DNA of 64,000 nucleotides from an uncultured Pseudobdellovibrionaceae bacterium (lineage in GTDB: Bacteria; Bdellovibrionota; Bdellovibrionia; Bdellovibrionales; UBA1609): NCBI GenBank assembly GCA_963803705.1, contig CAWDNU010000004.1, positions 399,943 to 463,942 of the forward strand. The letters run 5' to 3'. Below the pieces are notes generated by a model. The model was given only the letters and a program-made list of their open reading frames with translations. It did not search any database and was not told where the DNA came from. The position numbers and the translations under genes are program-made. Shown here piece after piece: positions 19,628 to 29,202 of the stretch. Positions within the stretch are counted from its first letter, which is position 1, and each line of letters opens with the position of its first letter.

Positions 19628-21380
19628 CTTTCTTTTTAATCGCGTCTTCCAATGAAATAACATTAGTTAAGACTAGATTTTCAAGCCTATTATGTAAAGA
19701 ATAAATTAAGCGCTCTTTTTCAACCACAGCCACCAAATCACTGCGAGATAGATCGTCCTCTAGAATTTGCTTAGCCCTAGGGGAGATTAAACCTAAAATT
19801 GTATCTGTCATATTTGGAACAATCCTTAAGTAAGCCATCAACTCTTCGTTAGTAGAACGCTTGATTACCACCTCTTGAGACTCTTTTTTCCAATCAGCAA
19901 AAAAACCTATATGTGGATTTTTTTGCTTGAAAGTTTCAACTACGGGTCCTTCGACTTTCGGTAAAATTTTGCAAGCGTCAATGTAGGACATACTTTCAAC
20001 AAGCTTATTTAGTGTCATTGACATTGATACCTCAGATTCGGCAACCTTTTCTTCGAAGTAAGGTGCAATTTGAGTTTCTATATCGTTCAACTTATCTTGA
20101 CTGATGGAACTTAATTTTGCTGCTGTATTTAAGAGCTCAACTTTTTTATCATCAGCTAGTTTGGAAAAATAATTCTTTCTTAAAGACTCTGGCATATACA
20201 GCGATACGACGGTTTGAATATCGATATCGTTACCTAGCAGTACCTGATTTACAGTGCCAAGCGAGCTGCTACCTAAGAAAGAAAAAGGTCTGTGTAAAGT
20301 GTCAGTACCAAGATTTAGTGAAGCCACTAGATCCCAGTAAGTACGATTTGTTACATCTAATCTTTTTTCTAATGGCAACTCTGACATTTTAGAAAAAACA
20401 TTACCCATTTCCTTTTTATGTTCCTTTGGAATAGGCAAGCTTCCTAAGACACTTCCAGAAATTTCTGCAAAACACGCTATTTGCATTAAACCTGTTTCGC
20501 CCTGCTCGCACCACTGTGCCACTAGCTGATCCAATTGCGTTACAAGTTTAGGCGATAGGTCTTTTATCTGATCAGATACGGCTTCAATTTTGGTGTCTAA
20601 AGCCAAGTCTATGGCAGCTAAGTTAGATTCTTTCGAAGGGCTTGAACCACCTAGACCTTCTGTTGCAGTCATCTCGGATTTACTTTCAATATTAACAGAT
20701 GCGGCCTGGGCTTGATCTTTAGATTTGCCACCACTTAAAAGTCGCCACAGTACAACGCCCAACAGTATGGCCAGTGCCAAAATAAGCTGTCCCACCAAAC
20801 CCTGCATCTGAATGATGCGGTCTAAGGTTGATGGATTAGTTGTTTCAGATTGGATAAATTGCACTTGGCTTTTACCCAAAGCGCCAAACTCTTCTTTAAC
20901 CCGCGCTTGCAACCACTCTTCAATATTACTTTTAATTTTATTGCCCATACGCTCTTGTAAGCCTACATTAACCATTACAGACTTAACTGCATACTTGGCT
21001 AAAGGACTTACGCTTGCAGCATCAACACTTTGGTAGCGATCAAACAAAGTGTCGGCGTCTAAATATCCCAAGTCTAAATCTGTGTACTGATCGTTTTGGC
21101 TTGATAGCTTTCGGTTTTTATCCTTGCTCTCATCCATAGTTTCTAATTCAAACCTTGCGCCTACATTAAAACGTTCAAAAGTGATCAATGCAGAAAGTTC
21201 TTGAGAATACCTGCGAACAATCATGTCTTCAAGCGCAGCTTTCACGCTAATCTCATCAGCTCTTTTTAGTGGTGAAACAGCGTTGACCGACTTGTTGCTA
21301 CTTATTTTTTTTGTGTTTTGGGAAAAGCCATGACTTGAAAAAAAAATAATCAAAATTGGTGCTGCTAACTTTAATTTCAT
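19593..21380 (-). CDS. Membrane-anchored protein with a FliG-like middle/C-terminal (rotor torque-helix) domain
   Basis: The signal peptide is MKLKLAAPILIIFFSSHGFSQ. A ~190-aa extracytoplasmic region precedes the TM helix LVGQLILALAILLGVVLWRLL. The cytoplasmic part contains PFSFLGSSSLGTVNQVLLGNDIDIQTVVSLYMPESLRKNYFSKL and NEELMAYLRIVPNMTDTILGLISPRAKQILEDDL. These resemble the FliG FxFL...LL and ...MSxRAAxMLREDL segments as I recall them. Confidence 0.55.
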   Translation of the reverse strand: MKLKLAAPILIIFFSSHGFSQNTKKISSNKSVNAVSPLKRADEISVKAALEDMIVRRYSQELSALITFERFNVGARFELETMDESKDKNRKLSSQNDQYTDLDLGYLDADTLFDRYQSVDAASVSPLAKYAVKSVMVNVGLQERMGNKIKSNIEEWLQARVKEEFGALGKSQVQFIQSETTNPSTLDRIIQMQGLVGQLILALAILLGVVLWRLLSGGKSKDQAQAASVNIESKSEMTATEGLGGSSPSKESNLAAIDLALDTKIEAVSDQIKDLSPKLVTQLDQLVAQWCEQGETGLMQIACFAEISGSVLGSLPIPKEHKKEMGNVFSKMSELPLEKRLDVTNRTYWDLVASLNLGTDTLHRPFSFLGSSSLGTVNQVLLGNDIDIQTVVSLYMPESLRKNYFSKLADDKKVELLNTAAKLSSISQDKLNDIETQIAPYFEEKVAESEVSMSMTLNKLVESMSYIDACKILPKVEGPVVETFKQKNPHIGFFADWKKESQEVVIKRSTNEELMAYLRIVPNMTDTILGLISPRAKQILEDDLSRSDLVAVVEKERLIYSLHNRLENLVLTNVISLEDAIKKKDDNAKGLSVAA

Positions 21381-22091
21381 TTAGCATCCTTAGCTTTTGT
21401 ATTAGTTTCGTCTTCTGGTTTATCTTTAATATTTGTGTTTATAGCTGGATTGTTTGCAGGCAATCGTGTTGGAATTCTTAGCGTGTCTCTTACTTTACCG
21501 GCCATATCAATAGCAGTTTTTAGTTCAGGATTAACGGCAAGGGCATTTTCGTACCATTTTAAACTTTCTTGAAACTCGCCTTTGGCATAATGAATGGCAG
21601 CCTTCATACTTAGCGCTCGATCAAACTTTGGAAAGACTTCTAAAAATCTTATCAATTTCTATCAGCGCGCGTTCAAGTTGCGAGGTGCGTGCAAATTGCT
21701 GGGATAAAAATAACTTTTGCAGTAAGTCTTGGGCTGTTTTCAACTCATCGGTGCTACTAGTTGTTGGATCTAATTTTAAAACCAGCTGAGTTCCTAAATT
21801 TCCACCAGCATTTATAGGCACCCATAAATCTTTAGTTTTAAAACCATCCTTACGAATAATTATATTAACTAAACCACCTGGATAATTCTGACCTTTTAGA
21901 TGCTCATCTAATTCTTTACTGGTTTTCAACAAAGGAGTTTGGCCTAGGTTTTTTTCATCTTTAGTTTCTGGATTAACAACGAAGACTTCTGCCAGCTCGG
22001 GGTCAGTAACAACTTTAAAAGACGCTGTGCCGCAAGAAGTAGTACCTAAAAGCAACAAAACTAACTTAAAACCATATAAAAATCTATTCAT
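21377..22091 (-). pseudogene. PEGA-domain lipoprotein fused to TPR repeats, split by a 1-nt frameshift in a homopolymer (track ORFs 21621-22091 and 21377-21655)
   Basis: The upstream part has the lipoprotein signal LLLGTTSCG and the PEGA-like FKVVTDPELAEVFVVNPET...GQTPLL. Its tail ...ARTSQLERALIEIDKI continues as LEVFPKFDRALSMKAAIHYAKGEFQESLKWYENALAVNPELKTA (TPR) in the other frame. That continuity requires removing one base of the A5 run at 21642-21646. Confidence 0.55.
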
Positions 22092-22220
22092 AGAAAACCC
22101 TTCTTTCTCCTATATTTTATCGAGTTTTTAGGCCTTTTGCTTGATACATAAAACAGGTATTCTATACCTAAGGCAGGTCTGGAAATTTAAGATAAAATTG
22201 TTGCACCAGAATCGAAAGTT

Positions 22221-25200
22221 TTACAGACCAACGTCGACACGAATAGACGACTGCTTAAGAGTTAGATTTCCTGCACTTGGACTAACTTTGGTAACAAAGT
22301 TTTGGTTTACCGGAAAACCTGTTAACTCTGGACTTACATAGAGAGTTATATTGTCTGAATTTACAGAACGCTCTGATAATCCAAGGTCTATTAGATTCAT
22401 ACTTCCGCTATTTTGATTGTGATATTGTAAACTTACCAGTCCATCAGAAAATCCGTTGTCTTCAACCAAAGCCTGAAAATAAAACTTAGGGGCTAAAAAT
22501 TGGTTAGAATCAATCTGAACTTTTTCATCGAAGTAGGTTGTATCAGAAGACGTAAAATCTTTTTGGTTAGTGATTCTGTAAGCAACACTGGCTTTAGACA
22601 AATTAGTAAGTTTTACCCACAGCCCTGCTTTATGCACTTTAACCTGTCCAGATGAGCAATAAAATTCACACCTCATCACAAGTCGGTACCTTTGGCCATT
22701 ATTTGCCGAATCAAAGTGCTGCACTCCCTCGTTAAATGGAACCTCGGCTAGCCGTAAACTAGTGTCAGTAAAGCGAGTCTCTGTGAATGGAACAATCTGA
22801 GAATTTCCAACATTTTGAAGAGCTATTTGACCCTCTGCTCCGCCGTCAGTTGAAACTACTGCTTCTAAAGTCCATCCATTGAAATTAGAAATTTTAGAAA
22901 GTAGATTTGAATTTTTGATCCACCTGCTTGAGCTGGAATAGTCATTATATATATTTTGATTAGTTGATGATGCATAAATGTCAGAGTCCGTATTCGAAGG
23001 TGAAACCAAGGATGAAATAAGTGGGTAGTATATTTTTGTTTTTGTAGCGTTAGTTTGGTTCACTAAAAGCTTTGCGGTTAAAACGCTTAGTTCGCCATCA
23101 CTTGTTGTTTGCTCTAACTGAACTCTGTAAATGTCTTTTCCTGTAAAACCACTTATAGTTGATTTAAATCTTGTAAAGTCCAAGGTGTTTGCTGGAACGT
23201 TTATAGAGTCAACCACTGCATCCGAGCTGTCCACAATCACAACTGCGCGAGAAACACTGTCAGCATTTTGAGCAATAACCTCGATCTGGTAGCTTGTAAT
23301 GCCATCGTAATCACTGACATTGAACGTTGTCTGACTTCTTTCAAAAGCTAGATCTGTAATGCTACTTGAAGACATCGGAGTGTCAGTCAACTCTATCGGG
23401 ACCTGAAGTTTAAGTGAGCCGTCTCGAAGAATGGAGACTACATTTGACGACAAAGTTTTTCTTCCGTCAGCATAGACACCTTCAACCCTGTAGTGGTAAG
23501 TCGTGTCAGAAATCAGATCAGTGTCTTGGTAGCTAAGTATTGATGCAGTCCCAACCACGCCGAATGGTCCCGTAATACTTTTTGATCTTAAAATATTATA
23601 ACTAGCTACACCAGCTAAACTGTTCCAATTTAAATCAATTGAGTTAGAACCATTAACTGCAGTCAAACTTGCCGGGCCACTCACTAAGATAACGCCCACT
23701 TCATTAGAATTTGCAGACATAACCCCTGAAGAGTTAGTTGACCTAATAACATAGTAATAACTTGCTCCGGAAGTTACGGTGGTATCGTTAAAATTTACAT
23801 CGCCGGATGTCGGCAAAGCTATTTGTGCATAGGGTCCACCTTTCACTGTAGATCTAAGCAGCTGATAGTTTTTAATATTAGGAACTGCCGACCAGTGAAG
23901 GGTTAAACTACTATTTGAGTTGATTACTGCATAGAGTGCTCGCGGTACTTCAGGCACAACGGACAAATTAATCGGGTCACTAATTTGCGACACGCTCATT
24001 TCGGTGCCGCTAGCATTGAAAGGCTGATATTTATAAAAATAAGTTAAGCTAGGATCTACAACCAAGTCTGTGTGAGTTAAAGCAGTTAAATTAGTAGCAA
24101 TTTTTTGAAAGGTGACCCCATTCGTCGACCTTAAAATATCATAAGTTGTAGCACCTAAAGTTGCATCCCAATTCACCCTAACTTCATTAGCAGAAAGAAA
24201 TTGAGCCTTAGGTTTATCTGGCCTTAAAGAGGGTATGATCTTTACTTCATTTGAAGCAGGGCTTTCGTTAGATCCATTTAATGCAGTTACACGAAAAAAG
24301 TAAGTTGTACCATTCGTTAAACCAGTAATTCTAGTCCCACTTGAAGTATTAGAACTTTGAATTGGCGCTCCATATGATCCCGAAGTGGTGGACATATATA
24401 CATTAAATGAGTTTCGATTTGATATCTCGCTCCAAGTTAAAACAATCTCTGTACCAGTGTTATTGTTCTCTGCATTTAAGTTAGATGGCGCTAAGGGTAT
24501 AATTCCGGGACTAAAACCCAAACTTACAGGTGATTCTTTATCAAGCACACCAAAGTGAGCGATAACTTTATAGAAGTATATTTGTCCGTTAGTGGCTGCT
24601 AAATCTGTAAAATTGGTCATAGAATAATTTGTAGCTATTGTTGAAAAGTTGACTCCGTCAGTAGACCTTAACAGATCATAACTAATAGCTCCGCCGACGG
24701 CAGACCAAAACACTTGAACTTGATTATTGCCCACTGTTCCCGCTGGCTGCTGAGGTAAACCAAAAGTGTATGCTGACACTACATCAGAATCAGAAAATGA
24801 CATACCTATGATAGCCCGAACTTTAAAGAAATGTTCAGTCTGCGGGCTTAGTCCGAAAACATTTCGGGTGGTGCTTAGCGAATTTGAAACTAAAGTAAAG
24901 GGTCCAGAAAAATTTAAAGCTTTAAAAACTTGATAACTAGTTGCACCACTGACACTTGGCCAGTTTATGACCGCCGAGGTGTTCCCCGTGACTGTCACTG
25001 ATACATTTGAAGGCCTAGTTGAATCTGATCGTTGTCCAGTCACTACATTTGATTTTTTTCCTTCCGTTAAGTCTGAAAATCTAGCCCGAACCTTGTAGTA
25101 GTACCCGGTATTAGTGACAACCCCTGTATCAGAATAAGTTGAACTCACCGATGTGTCGTAATTAACAAATGGACCCGTTATAGTATTGGACCTAGAAATA

Positions 25201-28200
25201 ATGTAGCCAGCTGCTGCGCTGACGTCGGACCAATTTAAAACTAGTTGGGTAGTTTGCACCATTAAACTTAAGTCACCAATGGGCGCGTGGCGATACTCTA
25301 CAGTGTTAGAAGCTGGAGTTTCATATCCACCCCATAAAGCCGTGACTCTAAAGTAATTTAATCCTACAGATAAAGGGGCTGAAATTATGTTTGCATTCAG
25401 CGATGTGCTAACAACTGTAAATGGGCCCAAAGGGTTAGAAGACCTATAAATATTAAATGAATTGAAATGACTTGGGGATGTCCAAGACAGCTGAGCTCTG
25501 GCTTCTTCTTCTATATAATTTATGACTAAGTTACTAGGCAAGCTAGGATTGGTAAATGATCGACCAGAACTAAGGGTAGAAGGATAAGCTACGTAGATGT
25601 AGTCGCCATCCCCATCTATTAAGTGTGCTTGGACATAATAGTAAGCGCCTGATCCATTGGGACTTGTATCCGCAAAATTTCTTGATGAAATATTGTTAGC
25701 TATTTTTGTAAAGGTTCCATCGGGATCTGTGGATTTAAAAACATCATATTTCAAATCACCCGAGAAAAATCCTGAAGGAACATTTGGAGCATTCCAGCTT
25801 AAGTTAATACTTGCGTCACCTGGTCTAACTGTTAAGTTCGGAGCATCGGACGAGTAAAAACCGTACAACTGAAATTCACCACTTACGCCAGATCCCCAAT
25901 CGGTTGCCAATTTATAATAATAAATATTATTCGAATTAAAACTACAGTCATTATAAAAAGTTGTGGACACGGTAGCAATAGTATTTGTAGTGCCCTTATT
26001 GTTTCCTCGATAAACTCTAAAGCTTTCGAAATAAGGGGGGGCAGTCCATGCGGCCCTTACTCCTCTTGAACCAGAGCACTGCTCTGAGCTGCTCACAGGT
26101 GTTATAGTAAAATTGATAGGCGGGCTAGGAATTTGTTTTGGGGTGGCCGTCACAATATTAGACTGCATACTTTCACCAGCGGGGTTACTTGCAACAACGT
26201 AGTAATAGTAGGTTTGGTTATTAGTTAAACTTTGGTCTCTGTAGGATGTTGTCGATGTGCTAACAGACAAATCGGTAAAAGGGCCACCAAATTGTATGGA
26301 CCTAAACAACCTATAAGTCATGTTTTGAGGAAAGCCACTCCAAGATAAATTTACCTCGGCATCAGAAATAACAGCTGACAAACTATTGATTTGAACAGGG
26401 TTTGGGGCTGTCACTAAAATTGAAACTTCAGAGGAATTTTGACTTCGACCTGTAGAATTATTTGAATACACTCTATAAAAGTAAGTTGTGTTATCAGAAA
26501 CCTGAAGGTCAGTAAAATTGTTAGAAATTTGTGAGCCACTGATTAAGGTAAATGGACCACCCGAAGATAAGCTTCGTTCTACATTATACATAGGCGCAGG
26601 GTTAGAAAATGTGTCTGGAAACCAATTGATTCGAACCGTTCCATTTACATTTAATGTCGCTGTTATATTTGAAGGCGGTAAGTTGTAGTGTGTGAAGTTT
26701 GTTAGAAACCTGCAAGCAGAGCGTGTTCCAACTTCATTAATTGTTTGGCCATATATTGAAGTTAGTTGGTTCAAAGCTAAAGTCACAGGCACACCTGTTG
26801 AGGTAAGTAAGCTAGGGTTATGATTAGAAATCAAGTTTGAACAACTAGAATTAGAAAAAATTCCTAACCCAACCCTATTCATAAAATCTGTGCTAAAGCC
26901 ATAGGATCCGCGAATCAAAATATTTGGACTGTAAGAAGGTGAACCTGGGTTCGTCGATAAAAAATTCGGCACCGCTGGCACTAAATTATTGAAAGTATAG
27001 AAAGTTAAAAAGGTGCAATCACTCGCATTACCAGCATCATCAAAGGCGCGGGCATAAATTGAACTTTCAGCGTTTTCCGCTACATTGATCAAAATACCCG
27101 CGGTCTCAAACTGTGCAGGAGTTCCTTCACCAAGCTTACTTACGCAAGACATGCTGTCATAAAAATCTACTCTTGTAGGTTGAAGTTGACTAGTAGGCTT
27201 CATTAAAGACTGACCTAAAATTGTTGGAGCAGAAGACTGATTGTTAGGCGAAATTGGAGTAGTAGATGTAAAGGTCGGATTTTCTGGAGGAACCGTATTA
27301 TGAATATAGTTTGTAAGAAAAACGCAAGACGAGTAGTTCCCAAAAACATCTAAAGCGCGCCCATAGAGTGCATTTGTTGAATTTTGAGGTAGTGTAACTA
27401 TAACCCCAGAAGATGTAAACTGACCCCTTGATCCCGAACCTATTTGCATCGGCCCAGAACAAATATTGTCTCTGTAGATGATCACTGATGCGATGCTTGA
27501 GTCAGCTGTGCCTAGTACTGAAGGCGTAAAAGATCCACTTGATGGTGATGCTGGAAAAGTTGAAACAAAAACTGGGTTTGGTGCAGGGTTCGCAGAGTGA
27601 GCGTAGCTTGCGTGAAAGAAACATGCAGATACGTTGCCCTCTAGATCTTTTACTTGCACGTAAATAGGAGTAGTATCATTGGCTTCAGCAGTGATTAAGA
27701 TACCAGATCCTTCGTAATCATCGGTCATCCCTTGGCCAATTTGTAGAGTGCATGATTCATTCTTAAAAAAAGTAAGTTCTACTGTTCTGTTAGAAGCATC
27801 ACCCTTTATTATTGGTGTCGTGGTGATGTTCGACGGTGAATTCGGAGTCAAAGATGTAAAAACTGGGCTGTCAGGAGCAAAGGTATTGTGGACGTAAGTA
27901 GTTAAACTGTCGCAGGTAGTTGTGTTTCCTGCAGCGTCGAAAGCTTTTCCAAAAATAGACGTGGTATCATTATCTCTTACATTAACAACAACGCCGTTCG
28001 AATTATAGTCTACTCGGCTACCTGAACCGATCACATTTAGACAAAGCGATGAGTCATAAAAAACAATAGATTCAGTGTCACTACTGGCAAATCCTAGCAT
28101 TTTAGGAAGAGTGGTCTGATTGGTCGGAGACACAGGATCGGCTGAGTTAAAAACCAAGTTTTGTGGCGAAATATCATCATGAGTGTAAGTAGTCAGTAAA

Positions 28201-29135
28201 GCACATAAAGAAGGCTCACCCATGCTGTCGACTGATTTTGCATAAAGCGTCGTAGTGCGATTTGCTCCTACAGTGATTTGATAGCCATCGTTAAGAAATG
28301 TAACAGGATCTCCGGCTGCAAGTTCGGTTTGGCAACCCGAATCCGAATACAGTGAAACAGAAACTGAACTGGCATCTGAAGACACTCTGACCACAGGTGT
28401 TGTACTTTGGTTACTTGGTGATTCAGGGGTTAACGATACTAATTCAGGAAATGGGCTAAAGGCGTTCGAGTGGGCGAAGTCGGTCATAAATGTACAAGCC
28501 GATGGAGTGCCAAGAGGATCTAAGGTGCTGGCATAAATAGATGTTGTATTATTCGCATTAACTGGCACGGCAATACCTATCTGAGAAAAGTCATTTGCCG
28601 ACCCGCTGGATAGTGCAACAGAGCAATTTAGGTCGCTAAAGAATCTAATCGTGGCAGAAATTGGTAGGGCCTGTCCAAAAAGCCCTGGGGTTGTAGTCAC
28701 TCGTGACGGCGACATAGGTGAAACGGCTGTAAATACAGGAGCACTCGGGATTAGAGCTGGATTAGAATAGGACTGTAAGAAAATGCACTTGCCAACAACT
28801 TGGGATTTTGCATATAGATCAACTGCTACATTAACTTCGACTTGTACCAAGGCACCTTGAGACTTAAAATTATTTACCAAAGACTGCCCGATCACAGAGC
28901 TTGAACAATCATCGTTGGTGTAAAAATCCAATCGATCAAGATTCACGTATTTCGTCCCACTGGTTTCACCCAAAATACGAAGCTGAACAAAGGTCGAATT
29001 GTAATCAATAACTTCTATAGAACTTACTGAAAGTGATGAGCCAGAAGAATCAGACGCACGTTTGCCCTCTTGACACCCCGTCAAAAAAAACAAAATCACA
29101 ATAAATTCTTTTAACAAATTACGTTCCACAAACAC
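22221..29135 (-). CDS. Giant surface lipoprotein (2304 aa): ~8 Cys-pair Ig-like repeats, ~12 fibronectin type III domains, and a unique ~450-aa C-terminal domain
   Basis: The lipobox is LFFLTGC with a GTG start. Eight ~95-aa repeats end in C-x(5,6)-Y/F-x-H/F...P (for example CALLTTYTHDDISP). The Fn3 signatures include VRINWFPD, VNLSWSGF, INLSWNAP, LVLNWSDV, AVINWPSV, IVLTWSEI and IDLNWNSL, each followed by ...Y.Y.V.A. Confidence 0.8.
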   Translation of the reverse strand: MFVERNLLKEFIVILFFLTGCQEGKRASDSSGSSLSVSSIEVIDYNSTFVQLRILGETSGTKYVNLDRLDFYTNDDCSSSVIGQSLVNNFKSQGALVQVEVNVAVDLYAKSQVVGKCIFLQSYSNPALIPSAPVFTAVSPMSPSRVTTTPGLFGQALPISATIRFFSDLNCSVALSSGSANDFSQIGIAVPVNANNTTSIYASTLDPLGTPSACTFMTDFAHSNAFSPFPELVSLTPESPSNQSTTPVVRVSSDASSVSVSLYSDSGCQTELAAGDPVTFLNDGYQITVGANRTTTLYAKSVDSMGEPSLCALLTTYTHDDISPQNLVFNSADPVSPTNQTTLPKMLGFASSDTESIVFYDSSLCLNVIGSGSRVDYNSNGVVVNVRDNDTTSIFGKAFDAAGNTTTCDSLTTYVHNTFAPDSPVFTSLTPNSPSNITTTPIIKGDASNRTVELTFFKNESCTLQIGQGMTDDYEGSGILITAEANDTTPIYVQVKDLEGNVSACFFHASYAHSANPAPNPVFVSTFPASPSSGSFTPSVLGTADSSIASVIIYRDNICSGPMQIGSGSRGQFTSSGVIVTLPQNSTNALYGRALDVFGNYSSCVFLTNYIHNTVPPENPTFTSTTPISPNNQSSAPTILGQSLMKPTSQLQPTRVDFYDSMSCVSKLGEGTPAQFETAGILINVAENAESSIYARAFDDAGNASDCTFLTFYTFNNLVPAVPNFLSTNPGSPSYSPNILIRGSYGFSTDFMNRVGLGIFSNSSCSNLISNHNPSLLTSTGVPVTLALNQLTSIYGQTINEVGTRSACRFLTNFTHYNLPPSNITATLNVNGTVRINWFPDTFSNPAPMYNVERSLSSGGPFTLISGSQISNNFTDLQVSDNTTYFYRVYSNNSTGRSQNSSEVSILVTAPNPVQINSLSAVISDAEVNLSWSGFPQNMTYRLFRSIQFGGPFTDLSVSTSTTSYRDQSLTNNQTYYYYVVASNPAGESMQSNIVTATPKQIPSPPINFTITPVSSSEQCSGSRGVRAAWTAPPYFESFRVYRGNNKGTTNTIATVSTTFYNDCSFNSNNIYYYKLATDWGSGVSGEFQLYGFYSSDAPNLTVRPGDASINLSWNAPNVPSGFFSGDLKYDVFKSTDPDGTFTKIANNISSRNFADTSPNGSGAYYYVQAHLIDGDGDYIYVAYPSTLSSGRSFTNPSLPSNLVINYIEEEARAQLSWTSPSHFNSFNIYRSSNPLGPFTVVSTSLNANIISAPLSVGLNYFRVTALWGGYETPASNTVEYRHAPIGDLSLMVQTTQLVLNWSDVSAAAGYIISRSNTITGPFVNYDTSVSSTYSDTGVVTNTGYYYKVRARFSDLTEGKKSNVVTGQRSDSTRPSNVSVTVTGNTSAVINWPSVSGATSYQVFKALNFSGPFTLVSNSLSTTRNVFGLSPQTEHFFKVRAIIGMSFSDSDVVSAYTFGLPQQPAGTVGNNQVQVFWSAVGGAISYDLLRSTDGVNFSTIATNYSMTNFTDLAATNGQIYFYKVIAHFGVLDKESPVSLGFSPGIIPLAPSNLNAENNNTGTEIVLTWSEISNRNSFNVYMSTTSGSYGAPIQSSNTSSGTRITGLTNGTTYFFRVTALNGSNESPASNEVKIIPSLRPDKPKAQFLSANEVRVNWDATLGATTYDILRSTNGVTFQKIATNLTALTHTDLVVDPSLTYFYKYQPFNASGTEMSVSQISDPINLSVVPEVPRALYAVINSNSSLTLHWSAVPNIKNYQLLRSTVKGGPYAQIALPTSGDVNFNDTTVTSGASYYYVIRSTNSSGVMSANSNEVGVILVSGPASLTAVNGSNSIDLNWNSLAGVASYNILRSKSITGPFGVVGTASILSYQDTDLISDTTYHYRVEGVYADGRKTLSSNVVSILRDGSLKLQVPIELTDTPMSSSSITDLAFERSQTTFNVSDYDGITSYQIEVIAQNADSVSRAVVIVDSSDAVVDSINVPANTLDFTRFKSTISGFTGKDIYRVQLEQTTSDGELSVLTAKLLVNQTNATKTKIYYPLISSLVSPSNTDSDIYASSTNQNIYNDYSSSSRWIKNSNLLSKISNFNGWTLEAVVSTDGGAEGQIALQNVGNSQIVPFTETRFTDTSLRLAEVPFNEGVQHFDSANNGQRYRLVMRCEFYCSSGQVKVHKAGLWVKLTNLSKASVAYRITNQKDFTSSDTTYFDEKVQIDSNQFLAPKFYFQALVEDNGFSDGLVSLQYHNQNSGSMNLIDLGLSERSVNSDNITLYVSPELTGFPVNQNFVTKVSPSAGNLTLKQSSIRVDVGL

Positions 29136-29202
29136 CTTGAATTAAAACTTTTACTATTTATGCCAATCTCACTGATAAATTCCCCACGAGTCAAAGGCTG
29201 TA

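Noticed and set aside
22141-22341. 66-aa plus-strand ORF overlapping the 3' end of the 2304-aa gene, and a weak hairpin AGGTATAGAATACCT at about 22155-22175
   Set aside because: The ORF is antisense and overlaps a strongly supported gene. The hairpin has a 6-bp AT-rich stem and a poor U-tract, which is insufficient for a terminator call.
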